64,000 nt of DNA. Source: Eledone cirrhosa (taxonomy: Eukaryota). Below the pieces are notes generated by a model. It was not told the origin of the DNA. It searched no databases and saw nothing but the letters and a program-made list of their open reading frames with translations. Shown piece after piece: positions 10,592 through 24,277 of the stretch. The position numbers and the translations under genes are program-made. Each line of letters starts with the position of its first letter. Within the stretch, counting starts at the first letter, position 1. The DNA is taken from the NCBI GenBank assembly GCA_964016885.1, contig OZ024744.1:65286001-65350000 (forward strand), read 5' to 3'.

Positions 10592-12450
10592 TACTCTTTG
10601 AGTCTCAGTCATTGATGTTAGTTAACTGGAAAGTTTGTTGAAATGAATATCAAGCCACTACCTGCAGCCTCAGATATTCAGGACGTATCGGAGGGTTCTT
10701 GCTGTTCCCAGCAAGCATACCTTTTGAAGCGTTCCAAAAAGCGTGAAGGGGCCAATTTTCTTTAACCATCCCTGGAAACTTTTTGAGATAGTACCTAGTG
10801 CGCCTATGACAATCGGGACCACTTTGACTTCATGGCAGTTCCAAATCCTTTTTACCTCCCACTTTAAGTCCTGGTATCAGTTAATTTTCTCCCTCTCCTT
10901 CTCTTGCACTCTCGTGTCGAATGGGCAGGCCACATCCACAATCAGGCACGATCTTTTTTCTTTGTCCAAAACCACCAGGTCAGGTCTATTGTGTTCCAGT
11001 TTCTTGTCCGTCTGTATCCTAAAATCCCACAGCACCTTCACCTGATCGTTTTCTATCACCGCCTCTGGCTTATGCTCATACCAATTCTCAGAATGTGATC
11101 AATTGTTTACTTTGCATAGGTGCCAGTGGATCACCCTGCCCATCACATCATGTCTCCAGCCCTTATAGTGAGTCTGGGCTAGGTGTTTACACTCGGATAC
11201 AATGTGAGCCACAGTCTCCTCTCTCTCTCCACAGATCCTGCACAGTGGGCTAGCCTCCTCCTTGTAAATGTGGCATTTCAACCACTTCGTTTTGAGGGCC
11301 TGCTCCTGCGCAGCCATTAACATTCCTTCTGTAGCCTTTTTAAGGTCTCCTCTTCTCAACCAGTTCCATGTCTGTGGATCTCTAAATTCAGTTTTCTCAA
11401 AGAAGGTACTATGAAGGGATTTTTCCTGAAGGCTGCTCTTTCTCCTTGATGTTATTTCCTCCTTGGACATCCCCTGGCCTATTGTCCCCTCCTTCAGTAC
11501 AGTTCTGAGCATTGGCTCCTTACTATCAGTCACGTATTTGTGTAGGTTGTTTTTCTCCATCTGAACACAGTCCTCTATGCTGATAAGACCTCTTCCACCC
11601 TCAGATCTCCTTAAGTAGAGTCTATCGACATCACTCCTCTTGTGGAACATGTTGTAGATAGTCAATAGCTTCCTAGTCTTCCTATCCATTTCTTTTTTTC
11701 AACAACATTCCATCTCAGAATTCCCGCACTGTACCTAATAATAGACACAGCTCGGGAATTTACTGCACTTATGGCATTCCTACTGTTCAGATGTGACTTT
11801 AATACGCTCCTTACTCTCCGAAGGTATTCAGTTCTTATCAATTCCTTCATTTTTTTTTTTTTTTTTTTTTTTTTTTGTTCTTGATGTCATCAGCCTCCAG
11901 AACGCCCAAATACTTGTATCCTTCCTCAGAGTCAATTTCTTTTATCATCTCACCTGTTGGTATCTGGATTCCGTTACTTCTGCTCAACTTACCCCTCCTC
12001 ATCACAATGACTCCATACTTACTAATACCAAATTGCATACATATATCATTGCTGAAAATACGGACAGTGTCAACAAGCACATCCAACTCCTTCTCACTCT
12101 TCCCGAAGAGCTTAAGATCGTCCATGAAGAGGAGGTGATTGATGGTAAGCCCTCCCTTTCCCAACCTGTATCCTGCTCTCACTTTTCGCAGTACACTGGT
12201 CAGGGGCATCAGGGCAAGGACAAACAACAGAGGGGACAGACTATCTCCCTGGAAGATACCTCTCTTGATCTTCACGCTTCCCAAGGATTCTCCAGTTGAT
12301 GTTAACTCTGTTTCCCAGGACTTCAATACTTTCGCCCAACAACTGCCTGCTGTTATCTGCCACCTTGAAGATCTCCAGGCTTTTGGTGATCCAAGAATGA
12401 GGCACCATGTCAAATGCCTTTTTGTAGTCTATCCATCCCATGGCAAGACC
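10592..12450 (-). mobile_element. R4/Dong-like RLE non-LTR retrotransposon, 5'-truncated
   Basis: GIFQGDSLSPLLF, HLLFMDDLKLF, YKYLGV, CRICGEREETVAHIVSEC, RHD and RPDLVVLDK...IVDVACP (PD-(D/E)xK nuclease). Interrupted by a poly(A) run at about 11849-11876. Flanked by (TAA)n on its sense strand. Confidence 0.88.
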
Positions 12451-12478
12451 ATTATTATTATTATTATTATTATTATTA

Positions 12479-13636
12479 CAGTTGCATTTATCTTGCTTTA
12501 TGTTCATACGAGTTATCACCAAGTCACAACCAGTGACCTCAAGAGACAACAAGGTCCGCCATGTTCAAGAAAGAACATACATACTCACACATGCATCTTT
12601 AGTGTTTAGACTTGTGATTGACAGAATCTTCCTTAGTATATGGGCAGTTCCCATTAGTACTATCTTTTGTATTTCTCTTATACGCGGGTTTCCTGGGATC
12701 TGCGATAAGTAATCATTAGACCCCTTAGGTATCATTCCCAGAGCGCCTACAACCACTGGTATTGTTTTAGTTCTCAATTTCCACATTTTTCCAATTTCTA
12801 TCTCCAGGTCCTTATACTTGCTCAATTTTTCAAATGTTTTTATAGATACATTCTTGTCTATTGGAACGGACATATCAATTAGCAGGCATACCCTCTTTTT
12901 AAAGTCCTTCAATATTATATCAGGTCTATTTGCATCTATTTTTCGATCTGTTTGGATGCTAAAGTTCCACAAGATTGAGATGTGATCTTTTTCAAGTATG
13001 GGAGGTGGTTGATGCTCCCACCAATTCTTTTGATGGGGCAGGTCAAAATGCTTACACATTATCCAATGTATGTATTGTGCAGCTCTGTCATGCCTGTTTA
13101 GGTATTCGGTTGGAGCTATAGGACTGCACATTGAAATTATATGGTCAATGGTCTCTGGTTGTTTTTTGCATACACGGCATAATGGGCTGCATCCATTTTT
13201 TATTATGTTGGCTTGGTAATTTTTTGTTGGCAGACACTGATCTTGTGCTGATATAATCAGTCCTTCAGTCTCCGATTTCAGTCCAGAGGATGCCAACCAC
13301 TGATGGGTTAAAGTTTTGTCAACATCAGGATTGTTAGCTCGTTCTGGGTATTTTCCATACAGAGGCTTTTCTTGCCATTTCTTAGCCAGTTTCTGTAGCA
13401 GTTCTTTCTTTGCAGTTATTTTTACCTGCTTTGCTTTTTCTGTGTTTTCCATTTCAGCAGTAAATGGGACTTCTGAAATTTGTAGTCCATTACTGTATCT
13501 TTGTGCATCTTTTGTAATGGAATATGATCTTTTGATGTTTTCATGTTTCAAAACGAGTTTGATCATCCAATCATGTGATTCCCTTAGATATGTAGATAAT
13601 CCAATTGTTGCAGTTTTCAACGCAATGTCTAACTGG
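12479..13636 (-). mobile_element. Second R4/Dong-like RLE element (different family), 5'-truncated, C-terminal ORF still open
   Basis: CRVCKKQPETIDHIISMC, RHD, RPDIILKD...IDMSVP...KLSKYKDL, PVVVGALG; (TAA)n at both ends. Confidence 0.88.
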
Positions 13637-13754
13637 ATTATTATTATTATTATTATTATTATCCTCCTCCTCCTCCTCCTCCTCCTCATCCTCCTCCTCC
13701 TCCACCTCCTCCTCCTCCTCCTTCTTCTTCTGCTGCTGCTGCTGTTGCTTTTTC

Positions 13755-14760
13755 TTTACCCACCTATTCCTGAGTGGGTTGTAGGGGCAGAATTCTCAAA
13801 TATTCTTTTCAGCAGCAACTGTCTCCAACTGACCCAGCTGGATCCCCAAGTGAGACCAGCTGAGCTCATGGATGTTATCCAACCAGGGGTCTACTCCTGG
13901 GTCTCCTGCTGGTTGGTTTTGCCCACAAAACCTGTCCAGTGATTCTTTCCTGAGACATTCTAATCACATACCCATAATATCAGAGCTATTATCTCTCAAT
14001 TTGGAGAAATAGCAACTCTACCGATTCTCTGATCTCCGAGCTACGCATTCTCTTGTGTAACATTATTCAGAGGAACACCATTTTGTCTGCTTGTATTTGC
14101 GATCATATTCTTTTGATCATTATGAAGATTCATAGGTAAAGATTGGCACGAGTACTAAATTGAAAATAACAAGTTTGGCTTTTACACCTACCTTCCTTCT
14201 TCTGATTACCGAATGCTTAAGCTGCCACATTACTGCACCAGCTCTAACAATTCTTGCCACCTGCCTTCCACCAGTCATGAACACGGCCCAAGATACTTGA
14301 GCTTCTCCACCAGCTTCAGTGGAACTCCACTGATTTTCATTTCAGCCATGTAACCCTTGGCATCAACCCAATCAAGTGCATGTCAAGATCCCCTTCTGAA
14401 AAGTTAAATAATACCATGCTTTCTGCAAATTCCATCCAACTGTCATGATACCACTTCCAACCTGGCTGCACATGTCAGTCCAGCTCATGAAAATTATGAC
14501 CAGGAGAAGTGACAGTGCACACTCTTGGTGGATTCCAGCTCCCACATTGAATGGTTTCAATTTGATATCATTTATCCAAACTCAAATACTAGGACATTCA
14601 TATAGAGACATCAGGGCAACTAGAAGCTATCTCCACGACCACTTTGCAATGGGAGGGGGTGGGGCATATTGTCTATATGCTTCAGTTTCAGCTTGTACCT
14701 GTGGGAAATCTTCTGTATTACTGCGTGACGCCAGAGGTCACGGTCCTGTGTCATCGCCTT
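13755..14760 (-). pseudogene. Degraded RTE-family RT/C-terminal fragment
   Basis: GIHQECALSLLL, VEKLKYLG, and a 3' end similar to 34580-34925. Confidence 0.65.
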
Positions 14761-14810
14761 TGAGAGGTGTAATTGGATAAGGTTGGCTTTTTCACCTCAT
14801 CCCAGGTCTT

Positions 14811-14848
<38 letters not shown>

Positions 14849-14989
14849 GTGTTGGTGCATCTCAAGCAACATATTTGTATGAATAGTGGGTTGTGTACTA
14901 TACCAGCATACCACCAGCTGAAGGCATATGCTCAGTTCACCAGCATCTAGAGGAAGGACAAGCTCGGAGCAGACTTTTCAATAGCAGGC

Positions 14990-15480
14990 CTCACCTCCTT
15001 CTTGGAATTCTCTACCAACAACACATTCTTCAGGTATAAAAACATCACCTACAGGCAAACCTTCTGATGGGATCCTGACTCAGTAACCCTGGCAACCCTA
15101 ACAATGGATAGTCTGGAAAGAAGAGCATTACATTCTTGACAATACATCAATTTGTGCCAGAGATATATACATGATGCACTAATACTAACCCATTCCAGGG
15201 AGAAGGTGGAGAAATACATAAAATATTTAATGAAGTTTGACATTGGACACCCAAAAGCCAATGGTTCCCAAAGTCTGCTCAACTTTAACCTATCTCTAGC
15301 TTAAACAAAGATCATCATCAGTTTCTATGAGAAAGAAATCAAGAGAAATGTCTTCTACCACCTAGACTCAGCATATCCACAAAGATGTGGCCAGGAATAA
15401 ATATATACTCCACTTGAACAGATGTGATGTGGCCACCCAAGAAGGATCCATGCTAAACAATTTTCAGAAACTACCATTAA
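14990..15480 (+). pseudogene. Penelope-like RT fragment, degraded
   Basis: Manual translation gives NTFFRYKNITYRQT..MGS, LTMDSLERRAL, RYIHDALILT and FYEKEIKRNVFYHLDSAYP. Confidence 0.6.
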
Positions 15481-15759
15481 AGGGAGGCATTGAATGCTTT
15501 TGTAAAAAACATTTTTGATATACATACATATATATATATATATATGCTCACTCACACCTCTACACTCTCAGCAGCAAACTCCGTTATGATCTGACACCCA
15601 TCATTCACCCCTTTGCACAGACAAACCTACATACGCAGATGCACACACTCGTGCAAATGCACATGCACACATATGTTCATTCAACATATACAATGATTAC
15701 CTCCCTTTTTAAACTTCTCTGATACCTAAGATTCCTACTGAGCAGTATATGTTGGGTCA

Positions 15760-15926
15760 GGTATAGAACTGTTTCTGGATAGGTTTCTATGGCTGGATGC
15801 CCTTTCTAACGCCAACCACATTTACAGTATGTGTGCATGGTGCTTTTTGTTGTGACACCTACATGACCACTTTACAGTGTGTGCTGGGTGCTTTTTGCTG
15901 TGACACCTACACAACCACTTTACAGT
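15760..15926 (-). mobile_element. RTE/SINE tail fragment with two 48-bp units
   Basis: Reverse complement of the 2800-3350 unit and tail. Confidence 0.8.
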
Positions 15927-15958
15927 ACATATACATGTGTATACACAAATACACACGC

Positions 15959-16036
<78 letters not shown>

Positions 16037-16445
16037 GTCATCCATGCACAGTAAAATTTATTACCTACTCCAAGCATTTGAGGTAACTTCACATATATGC
16101 TGTTCCTATGCATCTGCAATAAACAAAGTCTACATTCTTTATCAAATTACCTGTGATCTCACATCTCTTGCGCATTTATTGTACACATTGAATAACCCAA
16201 TGGAATTCACAATTAGTCTTTTATTTCTTATTAATCATAACAATTTCCATGAGGGTATCTGCATCCTATCTGGTTTTGTACTTATTGAAGCTTTAGTCTT
16301 TACTAAGTTTATTTTGAGGCCCTTTGAATTCAGGTTTACCCTGTATATCTGGAAGTTTTTCTCTAAATCTTTTACAGATTCTGCTATAAGAACTAACTCA
16401 TCAATATACAGGAGTTCGCATTGATTCTTCAGGTATGACCTAGAA

Positions 16446-16766
16446 CAGAGGTTCTCAAACTTTTGGGGCTAACCCCCCACCCCCTCACAGTCATGTAATA
16501 CTCTCAGTACCCCCCCCCCCCCGTTTCCAAAGAGACCTACCTACATATAAATTGTAAATAATATATAATAAATAAAATCCTTAATTTATATATAATAAAT
16601 AATATAATATATACTATGTATAAATAAATATTATATATTTTTTATTTTACTATATTTATATATATGAACCATTTGATACTTAATATACTATCATTTCAGC
16701 TCTACAGCCCTCACCCCCATGCCACCTCCCCCAGGGGTGGGGTAGTGTCCACTTTTAGAACCTCTG
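16446..16766. mobile_element. hAT (Charlie-like) MITE
   Basis: TIRs CAGAGGTTCTCAAA/TTTTAGAACCTCTG; 8-bp TSD ACCTAGAA/ACCTAGAG; same family as 31975-32320. Confidence 0.85.
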
Positions 16767-17106
16767 ACCTAGAGGACTGGTGGAGGCTGAGAATTAAGCC
16801 CTCAGGCACCCTTACCTGTATACTAAATTCATCACTCTAGTCATTGCTAACTCTTACATTTCTGGCTGTACTTCTGTATATAGTGTGTAAGGTTATCACA
16901 AGCTATTCATTCACCACTAGCTTCATTAGTGCACACCAAATTACAGTGCATGGAGCTATGTTGAAAGCCTTCTCCAGTTCAACAAATACGGGAGCTTACT
17001 CCTAGCTAAGTGCTTTTCCTGCAGTTATCTCCCTAGAAAGATAATAATATCAAGAGTGCCATTTCCTGGTCTGGCACAAAACCAAACTTCATCACATCTA
17101 CATTAA

Positions 17107-17314
17107 TTCTTTAACATTTACATTACTCTATATTTACTATTATATTTTCATGGTACAGGCTTTACCTCACATAATATCGATATATTGAGATTTTAATATT
17201 ATATATTTTGAGAACAATACCTTAACATCAGTATGAGTGGCCAGTTACAGTCGGTTTGAATAGAAAGAGGTGAGAGAATTCTGACTGGATATGGCTGGTT
17301 TAAATGCTAAAGGA
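17107..17314. mobile_element. piggyBac-like MITE, degenerate
   Basis: TTAA-flanked; homologous to 31187-31365 and 32649-33367. Confidence 0.55.
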
Positions 17315-17551
17315 TTAATTCTGCTTCTAATCAATTGTAAGGTGGCAATCTGGCATATTGAAAATACCTCAGTATTTTTCCTGGCTAACTGAACTCTGTG
17401 TTGAAATCTTGTCGAAGTCAACTTTGCCTTTCATCCTTTCATCCTTTCATCCTTTTGAGGTAGGCCTGGTAAAAAGATGGTTTTTTTTTTGCAGATAGAC
17501 AGGCCCCTCTGGCCAATGGGGCCCTGTGTTTAAGCAAACCTAAGCACAATA

Positions 17552-18010
17552 GTAAATCTGACACTGAGTATTGGGGTCAATTCTTGTTCTCTTAAAGAGA
17601 AATTGGCTGTGCTCCTGGAGATGGATGGGCTCCCCTAGGGTTAAAATGTTTCAGTACAGCACCGCTACAACTCAATCAGAAGTAAAGAGCCCTTTCTACT
17701 CAATTGTGCTATGACACTTTCCAAAACTTTCATAACCTGATGCCTCTGAAAGTGTCCCCTCTCTAGTGCATCTTATTTGCCTCTTGTAACAGTTGACAAC
17801 TGAAGTGTCATATCCAACGACACAATTGGGTATGACTTCTACACGCTGGATTCATTGAATGTAACTTGCAGGCACAATGTGTCTTAATACTGAACAGTGA
17901 ACAATGTGTCATAATACTGAACAGTGAACAATGTGTCATAATACTGAACAGAGGGACAAAGAAGGATTTTTACCAATAATTGGTGATGTTCTTCCCCAAG
18001 CCAACACATC
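17552..18010. repeat. About 460-bp segment repeated in inverted orientation at 24615-25068
   Basis: The reverse-complement match can be followed along the whole length; it includes an RTE RT remnant (VVNCYK..DALERG..IRLLNQVMKVLE). Confidence 0.85.
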
Positions 18011-18102
18011 TACCAAAGATATCAGCCAAGGACCATGACAAATATATATTTTAACCTCATCATTACCATATTTCATGTACTAACTGATTAACTAAGCATT
18101 AA

Positions 18103-18448
18103 TGGAGGCACATGGCTCAGTGGTTAGAGCATTGGCCTTGCAATCGAAAGGTTGTGAGTTCAATTCTCAGACCGGGTGATGTGTTGTTTCCTTGAGCAAG
18201 ACACTTTATTTCACATTGCTCCAGTTTACTCAGCTGTAGAAATGAGATGATAGGGACAGGGGTCCATATCATTCCACTGCAAAGTGGTCGTGGAGGTGCC
18301 ACGGCAAAAAAGCACCCAGCACTCACTGTAAATGAGGTTGGTGTTAGGAAGGGCATCCAGCTGTAGAAATCAAGCCAGCATCAGTTCCCGTCCCACCCTT
18401 GCAAGCCGGGAAAAGTGGACGTAAAATGAAATGATGATGAAATGATGA
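18103..18448 (+). mobile_element. Full-length CORE-type tRNA-SINE with RTE-derived tail
   Basis: TGGCTCAGTGG A box, GAGTTCAATTC B box, CORE-like body, one 48-bp-type unit, GGAAGGGCATCCAG tail and (ATG/AAATG)n end. A partial minus-strand copy lies at 30025-30272. Confidence 0.85.
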
Positions 18449-18961
18449 TCATGTGGCTATTCTGTGTCCTACTGTATCAGGTAATTTAATCATCTCAACA
18501 ACTATACTTGATGAACCACCTGTCTTACTTGTGGCCATAGCTTTAATTATATTTGTTAACATACTTCTCTGAAGTTGGAAATTTGTTACTTCTATTGGGT
18601 CTACTTGAGGTAGGCCCTGTCTCTCTCACGCATACTTTTCATTCAACACTACCGCATAATAACACTTTTATGCCTCCTTATTTTTAGCAGCAGTAACAGT
18701 GTGTCGTTATCATTCCATACACACTTCTCATCAGAGTGAGGTGTGTTGGAATATATGTTTACCCATACACACATACACCACATATATATGTATATATAAG
18801 CATATATATATATATATATATATATATAAGCTGGCATGGATTGGACGGGTACCTATATGCACGCCCACACATACATACATATATGTATATATGTATGTAC
18901 GTATGTATGTATAGATGCATATATATGTATATATATATATATAAAATATATATATATATGC

Positions 18962-19001
<40 letters not shown>

Positions 19002-19157
19002 TTATGCATGTATATATATATATATATTATATATATATCATCATCATCATCTTCGTTTAATGTCCCTCTTCCACGCTAGCATGGGTTAAACTATGTATAC
19101 ATATATATATATATATGTATATATATATGCATATATATATGTATATATATGCATATA

Positions 19158-19275
19158 GTGAAGGCGTGTGGCTGAGTGGTTAGAGAATTGGATTCGCAAT
19201 CGTAAGGTTGAGTTCGATTCCTGGACCAGGCGATGCATTATGTCCTTGAGCAAGACACTTTATTTCACGTTGCTC
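19158..19275 (+). mobile_element. CORE-type SINE 5' part
   Basis: TGGCTGAGTGG, GAGTTCGATTCC, GTCCTTGAGCAAGACACTT. Confidence 0.75.
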
Positions 19276-19436
19276 CTTCAACCTGGAATTGTGACCGATA
19301 GATAGTATTAGCAATTGGAAAGACCAACGGAAACATTGTTCCCTCGGTCCGATTTGACGAAAGTCGATCGTTCCTTAATATATGCATATATATATACATG
19401 TATATATATGCATATATACATGTATATATATATATC

Positions 19437-19467
<31 letters not shown>

Positions 19468-20119
19468 TATGCATCTATACATACATACGTACATACATAT
19501 ATATACATATATGTGTGGGTGTGCATAAAGCTACCCGTCCAATCCATGCCAGCTTGGAAAAGCAGACATTAAATGATGCTGCTGCTGTTGTTGATGATGA
19601 TGGCAATGATGGTGATGATATAATAAACATATATATCAAATATATGTGTGCATATATATAAATAAGTATGTTTGTATATGTTTATATGTGTATTTACTCT
19701 GCGTGTGTGTGTTCAGATATTAAGTAGATAGTCAATCTAAACTGGATTATACAGTCAGAAGGATAGGCTTTGAGCTATCTGTCTGTCTGTCTGTCTGTCT
19801 ATCTATCCCAGTCACTCCCCCCCCCCCCACACACACCACCACCACCTCCACCTCTCTCTCTCTCTCTCTCTTTCTCCTCCATTTCCTGTGCCTCTAGGCT
19901 CATTCCACTACCCCATCCTACCCCCACCCCTTTAACATTATCATTGCTTCTGCACTACTACTAGAACTACTGTTAGCCACTATCATCTATCACCCCCCCC
20001 CTCCCCCACTCCACCACCACCACCCACTGCCACCCATCATTACACACCATCCTTCACTACCCATCTTCTACCATTATCCACCCAACACTAGACTCAAGCA
20101 CATACACACATGTATGTGT

Positions 20120-20185
<66 letters not shown>

Positions 20186-20558
20186 ATGTGTGTATATAAA
20201 TACGTGTGTGTGTGTTTATATATATATATATGTATACATAAATACACACATATATATATATACATATATACATATGTATATATATATATATATATACATA
20301 AATACACACATATATATATATATATATATATGTATATTTATATATATACATATATATGTGTGTGCGCGTGTGTGTGTGTATGTATACACACATACACCTC
20401 TACTACTAGACTTTAATTGCAGCTGATCTCAGTGTATCCTAAAACAGAGTGCAGCTAGTATTTTTAGATCAGAGTATTTTCTGTGTAGGACATGGCAGGT
20501 TAACTATCTCCAACAAGTGTATTTTGCACTCTCTTCCTTCCACATCTAACCCCACCAA

Positions 20559-20638
<80 letters not shown>

Positions 20639-21840
20639 CCCTTTGTCTCTCCCTCATTTTCCTTTCCTATTTGCTATGTTCTCTCACACAGAAACACCCA
20701 TACAATCATATAACAGAAGAACATATATGTATATATATGTACGTATGTATGTATGTATGTATATGTGTAAATGTGTGTGTATGTATGTGTGTATGCATTC
20801 ATGTATGTATGTATGTGTGTATGCATTCATGTATGTATGTATGTATATGTATGTGTGAATGTATGTGTGAATGTGTGTGTGTGTACGTATAAGTTTGAAA
20901 CTCAGAGTAACTATCTATGAAGCTTTAAACTTTTATTAATAGTTTCTAACACAGGCACAAGCCCAGCAATTCAAAAAAAAATTTTTTGTGGAGAAGTCAG
21001 TTAAAAAGCTCCATGTGGACTAGAGCTTTAGACCCTGGAGTGATGAAAAGCAAAGTTGACTTCAGCAGGATCTGACCACAGAACAGATAACTGGAAGAAA
21101 TATCACAAAGAACTTCATCTAACAGCTGGACAATCCTGCCAATCACTCACCTACTTTTGACTGCACCTCTCAAAGACATAGGATCGAGATCTCTGGTATT
21201 ATGCAATAATGCAAATGACCCATATTCCCATGTGCACAGGATGAAGCAACATCTAGTGGTCTCTAGTAAAGTTTCAATAATATGAGGGTCAGCTGAAAAG
21301 TTCATAGGCTATGAAGGAGTGATGCTAGAACTGAACTGTAAAATCTTGCATGCATTAATTTCAACTCTTCTTATTAATAACTGAATCATTTCTTTCCAGG
21401 AACTATGTTGAAAAATAAACTTATTTAAATTCTTGGAAGATTCCATAGAAGCAATAGACATCTTATGTTACCTAGGTAACCAAATTTAGCAGTGGAGGTG
21501 GGTGTTCTTAAAGTACAGTAGTCAGAGTGAGGACGAGGTGAAAAAAGTTCAAGGAGCTACTACCACTGCTAGCTATTAGAGATTTTTTTCCTTTAGAGCA
21601 GATTGTATCATGCGTGTATACGAGCAGCCATGCTGCATGGTAGTGAGACCTGGATGATGTGTGCAGAAGACCTGCAAAGATTGGAAAGAAATGAAGCTGA
21701 CACTTTTCATTGGATGTGTAATAGTAATATGAATGAATGATAAAGCATAAATGAACTGAGAGAGAAACTAGGCATAAGAGGGAGCATATGCAGTTTGCAG
21801 GAGAGGAGATTGTGTTGGTATGGACATTTGATATATATGA

Positions 21841-22029
21841 TAATTGTTTCTACTTTAGGCACAAGGCCAGCAAATACTCAGTGTATTACTGGTACTTTAT
21901 TTTATCGACCCCGTAAGGATGAAAGGCAAAGTTAACCTCGGCGGGATTTGAACTCAGACCGTAAAGGGACGTAACTATGCTGGAAAGCATGGCGTCCGAC
22001 CCTCTACCGATACTGCCAATCCACCACCA
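21841..22029 (-). mobile_element. Meta-type tRNA-SINE, full length, 20-bp TSD
   Basis: TSD CATTTGATATATATGATAAT (21825-21844) / CATTTGATACATATGATAAT (22028-22047); A/B boxes; GCCTTTCATCCTTACGGGGTCGATAAA central domain. Confidence 0.88.
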
Positions 22030-22047
22030 TTTGATACATATGATAAT

Positions 22048-22330
22048 GATAATGAAAATGATTGTGTATGGAGCTCAGGTGCACTACAACTCATCAAAGG
22101 TGCATGTATAGTATATAGAATAATGTACAAATGTCAGGAAAGTGAACAATGTATGAGTTATGATATACACACAGATACATGTGTGTGCATGTTTATGGAG
22201 GGAGAATATCAGGTTTAGTGTTGGCAAATTTCAGGAAGTATGGAGGTTTTAAAGGATGTAGTGTCTCAACAGCTAACATCTGATACAGGTAGTTTGTTCC
22301 ATGCTTCAGCAACTCTGAGTGTGACAAAAT
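22048..22330 (-). mobile_element. CR1-like LINE 3' end
   Basis: FVTLRVAEAWNKLP...FKTS. A second copy of the UTR lies at 24274-24442. Confidence 0.65.
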
Positions 22331-22930
22331 GAAGGGTGACAGCTGCATAAAAAGGTGCAGGGCACTCAAAGTTGAAGTTAGTTACGAAGTGAGAAGACTT
22401 AGGAAGACCTGGGATGAGGTGATAAAAGCTGACCTTGCAGAATTGTACTTCTCAAAAAAAATGACACAGGATTGAGATCTCTGGTGATATGCAGTAATAC
22501 AGAAGATCCACCGTCCCCTATGCGCAGGTTGAAGCAAGCATTCAGTATGCACCACTTTCCCCTACCTTTCCCCACCCACATCCCCACTCCTACCCATCAC
22601 TTGATTAGTCCCCCCCCCCATCCCTATGCACCTGTCTCCTCAGCCAACAATGAAAAGTGGTCGTTTTAGTGCCACAAAAAAAGCACCCAACCCACACTGT
22701 AAAGTGGTCGTGTAGGGTTCACAACAAAAAGCAGCCAGTGTACACTGTAAATGTGGTCGGAGTTAGGAAGGGCATTCAACTGAAGAAACGAAGCAAAAAT
22801 CAGTTTTGTATGAGCAAGACATGGTCATCTTACTTCGACTTGCCTCAAATAGGACAACCCATCTAACCCATGCTAGCATGGAAAATGGACATTAATGGTG
22901 ATGATGATGATGATGATGATGATGTTAATG

Positions 22931-23058
<128 letters not shown>

Positions 23059-23183
23059 CACACACATATATATATATATATATATACATGTAGCATTAGG
23101 AAGGGCATCTAGCCATAGAAATCTAGCCAGAAATAGTCCTATATGAACAAGACATGGTCACCTGACCCAACTAGCCTCTAATA

Positions 23184-23653
23184 CATTGGTTCCCAACCAG
23201 GGGGACCATGGCCCACCAGTGGGCCATACCAAGTTATTGGGGGAGCCACGGGAATTAACTAAAAATCACAAAATTTCATATATAAAAAAGAAGAGTAGTT
23301 GCCTAACATAATTTTTTCTTTTTCTTGCTTCAAGTTTTTTATATTCAACTTTTTATCAACTTTCTACCTTTTCTAATTATGATTTTATTTCACTTGATAA
23401 TTATTTAAATCTGGATATAACAATTTATGTTTTAGTAAATAAACTTAGTAAAGAAACTTATTTTTATAACAGGATATATATTATTTATTTTAGTAAATTT
23501 CTCATTGACAAAATTACTTTGACTGAAATAAAAAGACATGCCGAAATTATTTCTACATAAAAAAATTATATCAAAAATTTTAATTTTTTGGGGGCCATAC
23601 TGTTTTGCTATATCATTAAGGTGGAATTTATTATAAAAGGTTGGGAACCACTG
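23184..23653. mobile_element. hAT (Charlie-like) MITE nested in an RTE/SINE tail
   Basis: TIRs CATTGGTTCCCAACC/GGTTGGGAACCACTG; perfect 8-bp TSD CTCTAATA; splits the tail at 23088-23725. Confidence 0.88.
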
Positions 23654-23779
23654 CTCTAATAGGACAACCCGTCTAACCTATGCTTGCATGGAAAATGGAT
23701 GTTAAATGATGATGATAATGATGATATATATATTGGGGTGATCAGAGACTTGTAGTGAAAGCAACCCATCTAGATATCA

Positions 23780-24030
23780 ATATGCATCCCAAACAAGTCA
23801 AGTAACAAATTTCAAAGCTATCACTATCAACATTGGCACAATGAAAGGCAGAGAAACTGAAATTGTGGAAATGCTGAAGAAGAGACAGGTTATTACTATA
23901 TGCTGTGTGCAAGAAAGAATTGAGAAGTAGAAGAGCCTTATTGAGACTCCTTACAGAGAAAGAAAACCAGTCAACCATGTAATACATGATGTTGTCATAT
24001 CTGATGAATGGCATAGCAGTATTATCATTA
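23780..24030 (+). pseudogene. RTE APE endonuclease N-terminal remnant
   Basis: FKAITINIGTMKGRETEIVEMLKKRQ...CVQE. Confidence 0.55.
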
Positions 24031-24052
24031 TCTACTACAATAATAATAATAA

Positions 24053-24240
24053 TTGTTTCTACTTTTGGCACAAGGCCAGCAATTACCCAGTACATTAGTA
24101 GTACTTTATTTTATCTACCCCGTAAGGATGAAAGGCAAAGTTAACCTTGGCGGGATTTGAACTCAGAATGGCAAGGGCCATAACTCTTTGCGTCAAGACA
24201 TGGCGTCCGACGCTCTACCGATACTGCCAATCCACCGCCT
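24053..24240 (-). mobile_element. Meta-type tRNA-SINE flanked by (AAT)n on both sides
   Basis: Same family as 21841-22029; (AAT)n at 24039-24054 and 24243-24275. Confidence 0.88.
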
Positions 24241-24242
24241 AC

Positions 24243-24277
<35 letters not shown>

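Noticed and set aside
18103-18180. Functional tRNA genes (also 3652 and 19158)
   Set aside because: They continue into SINE bodies and have imperfect cloverleafs, so they are SINE heads.
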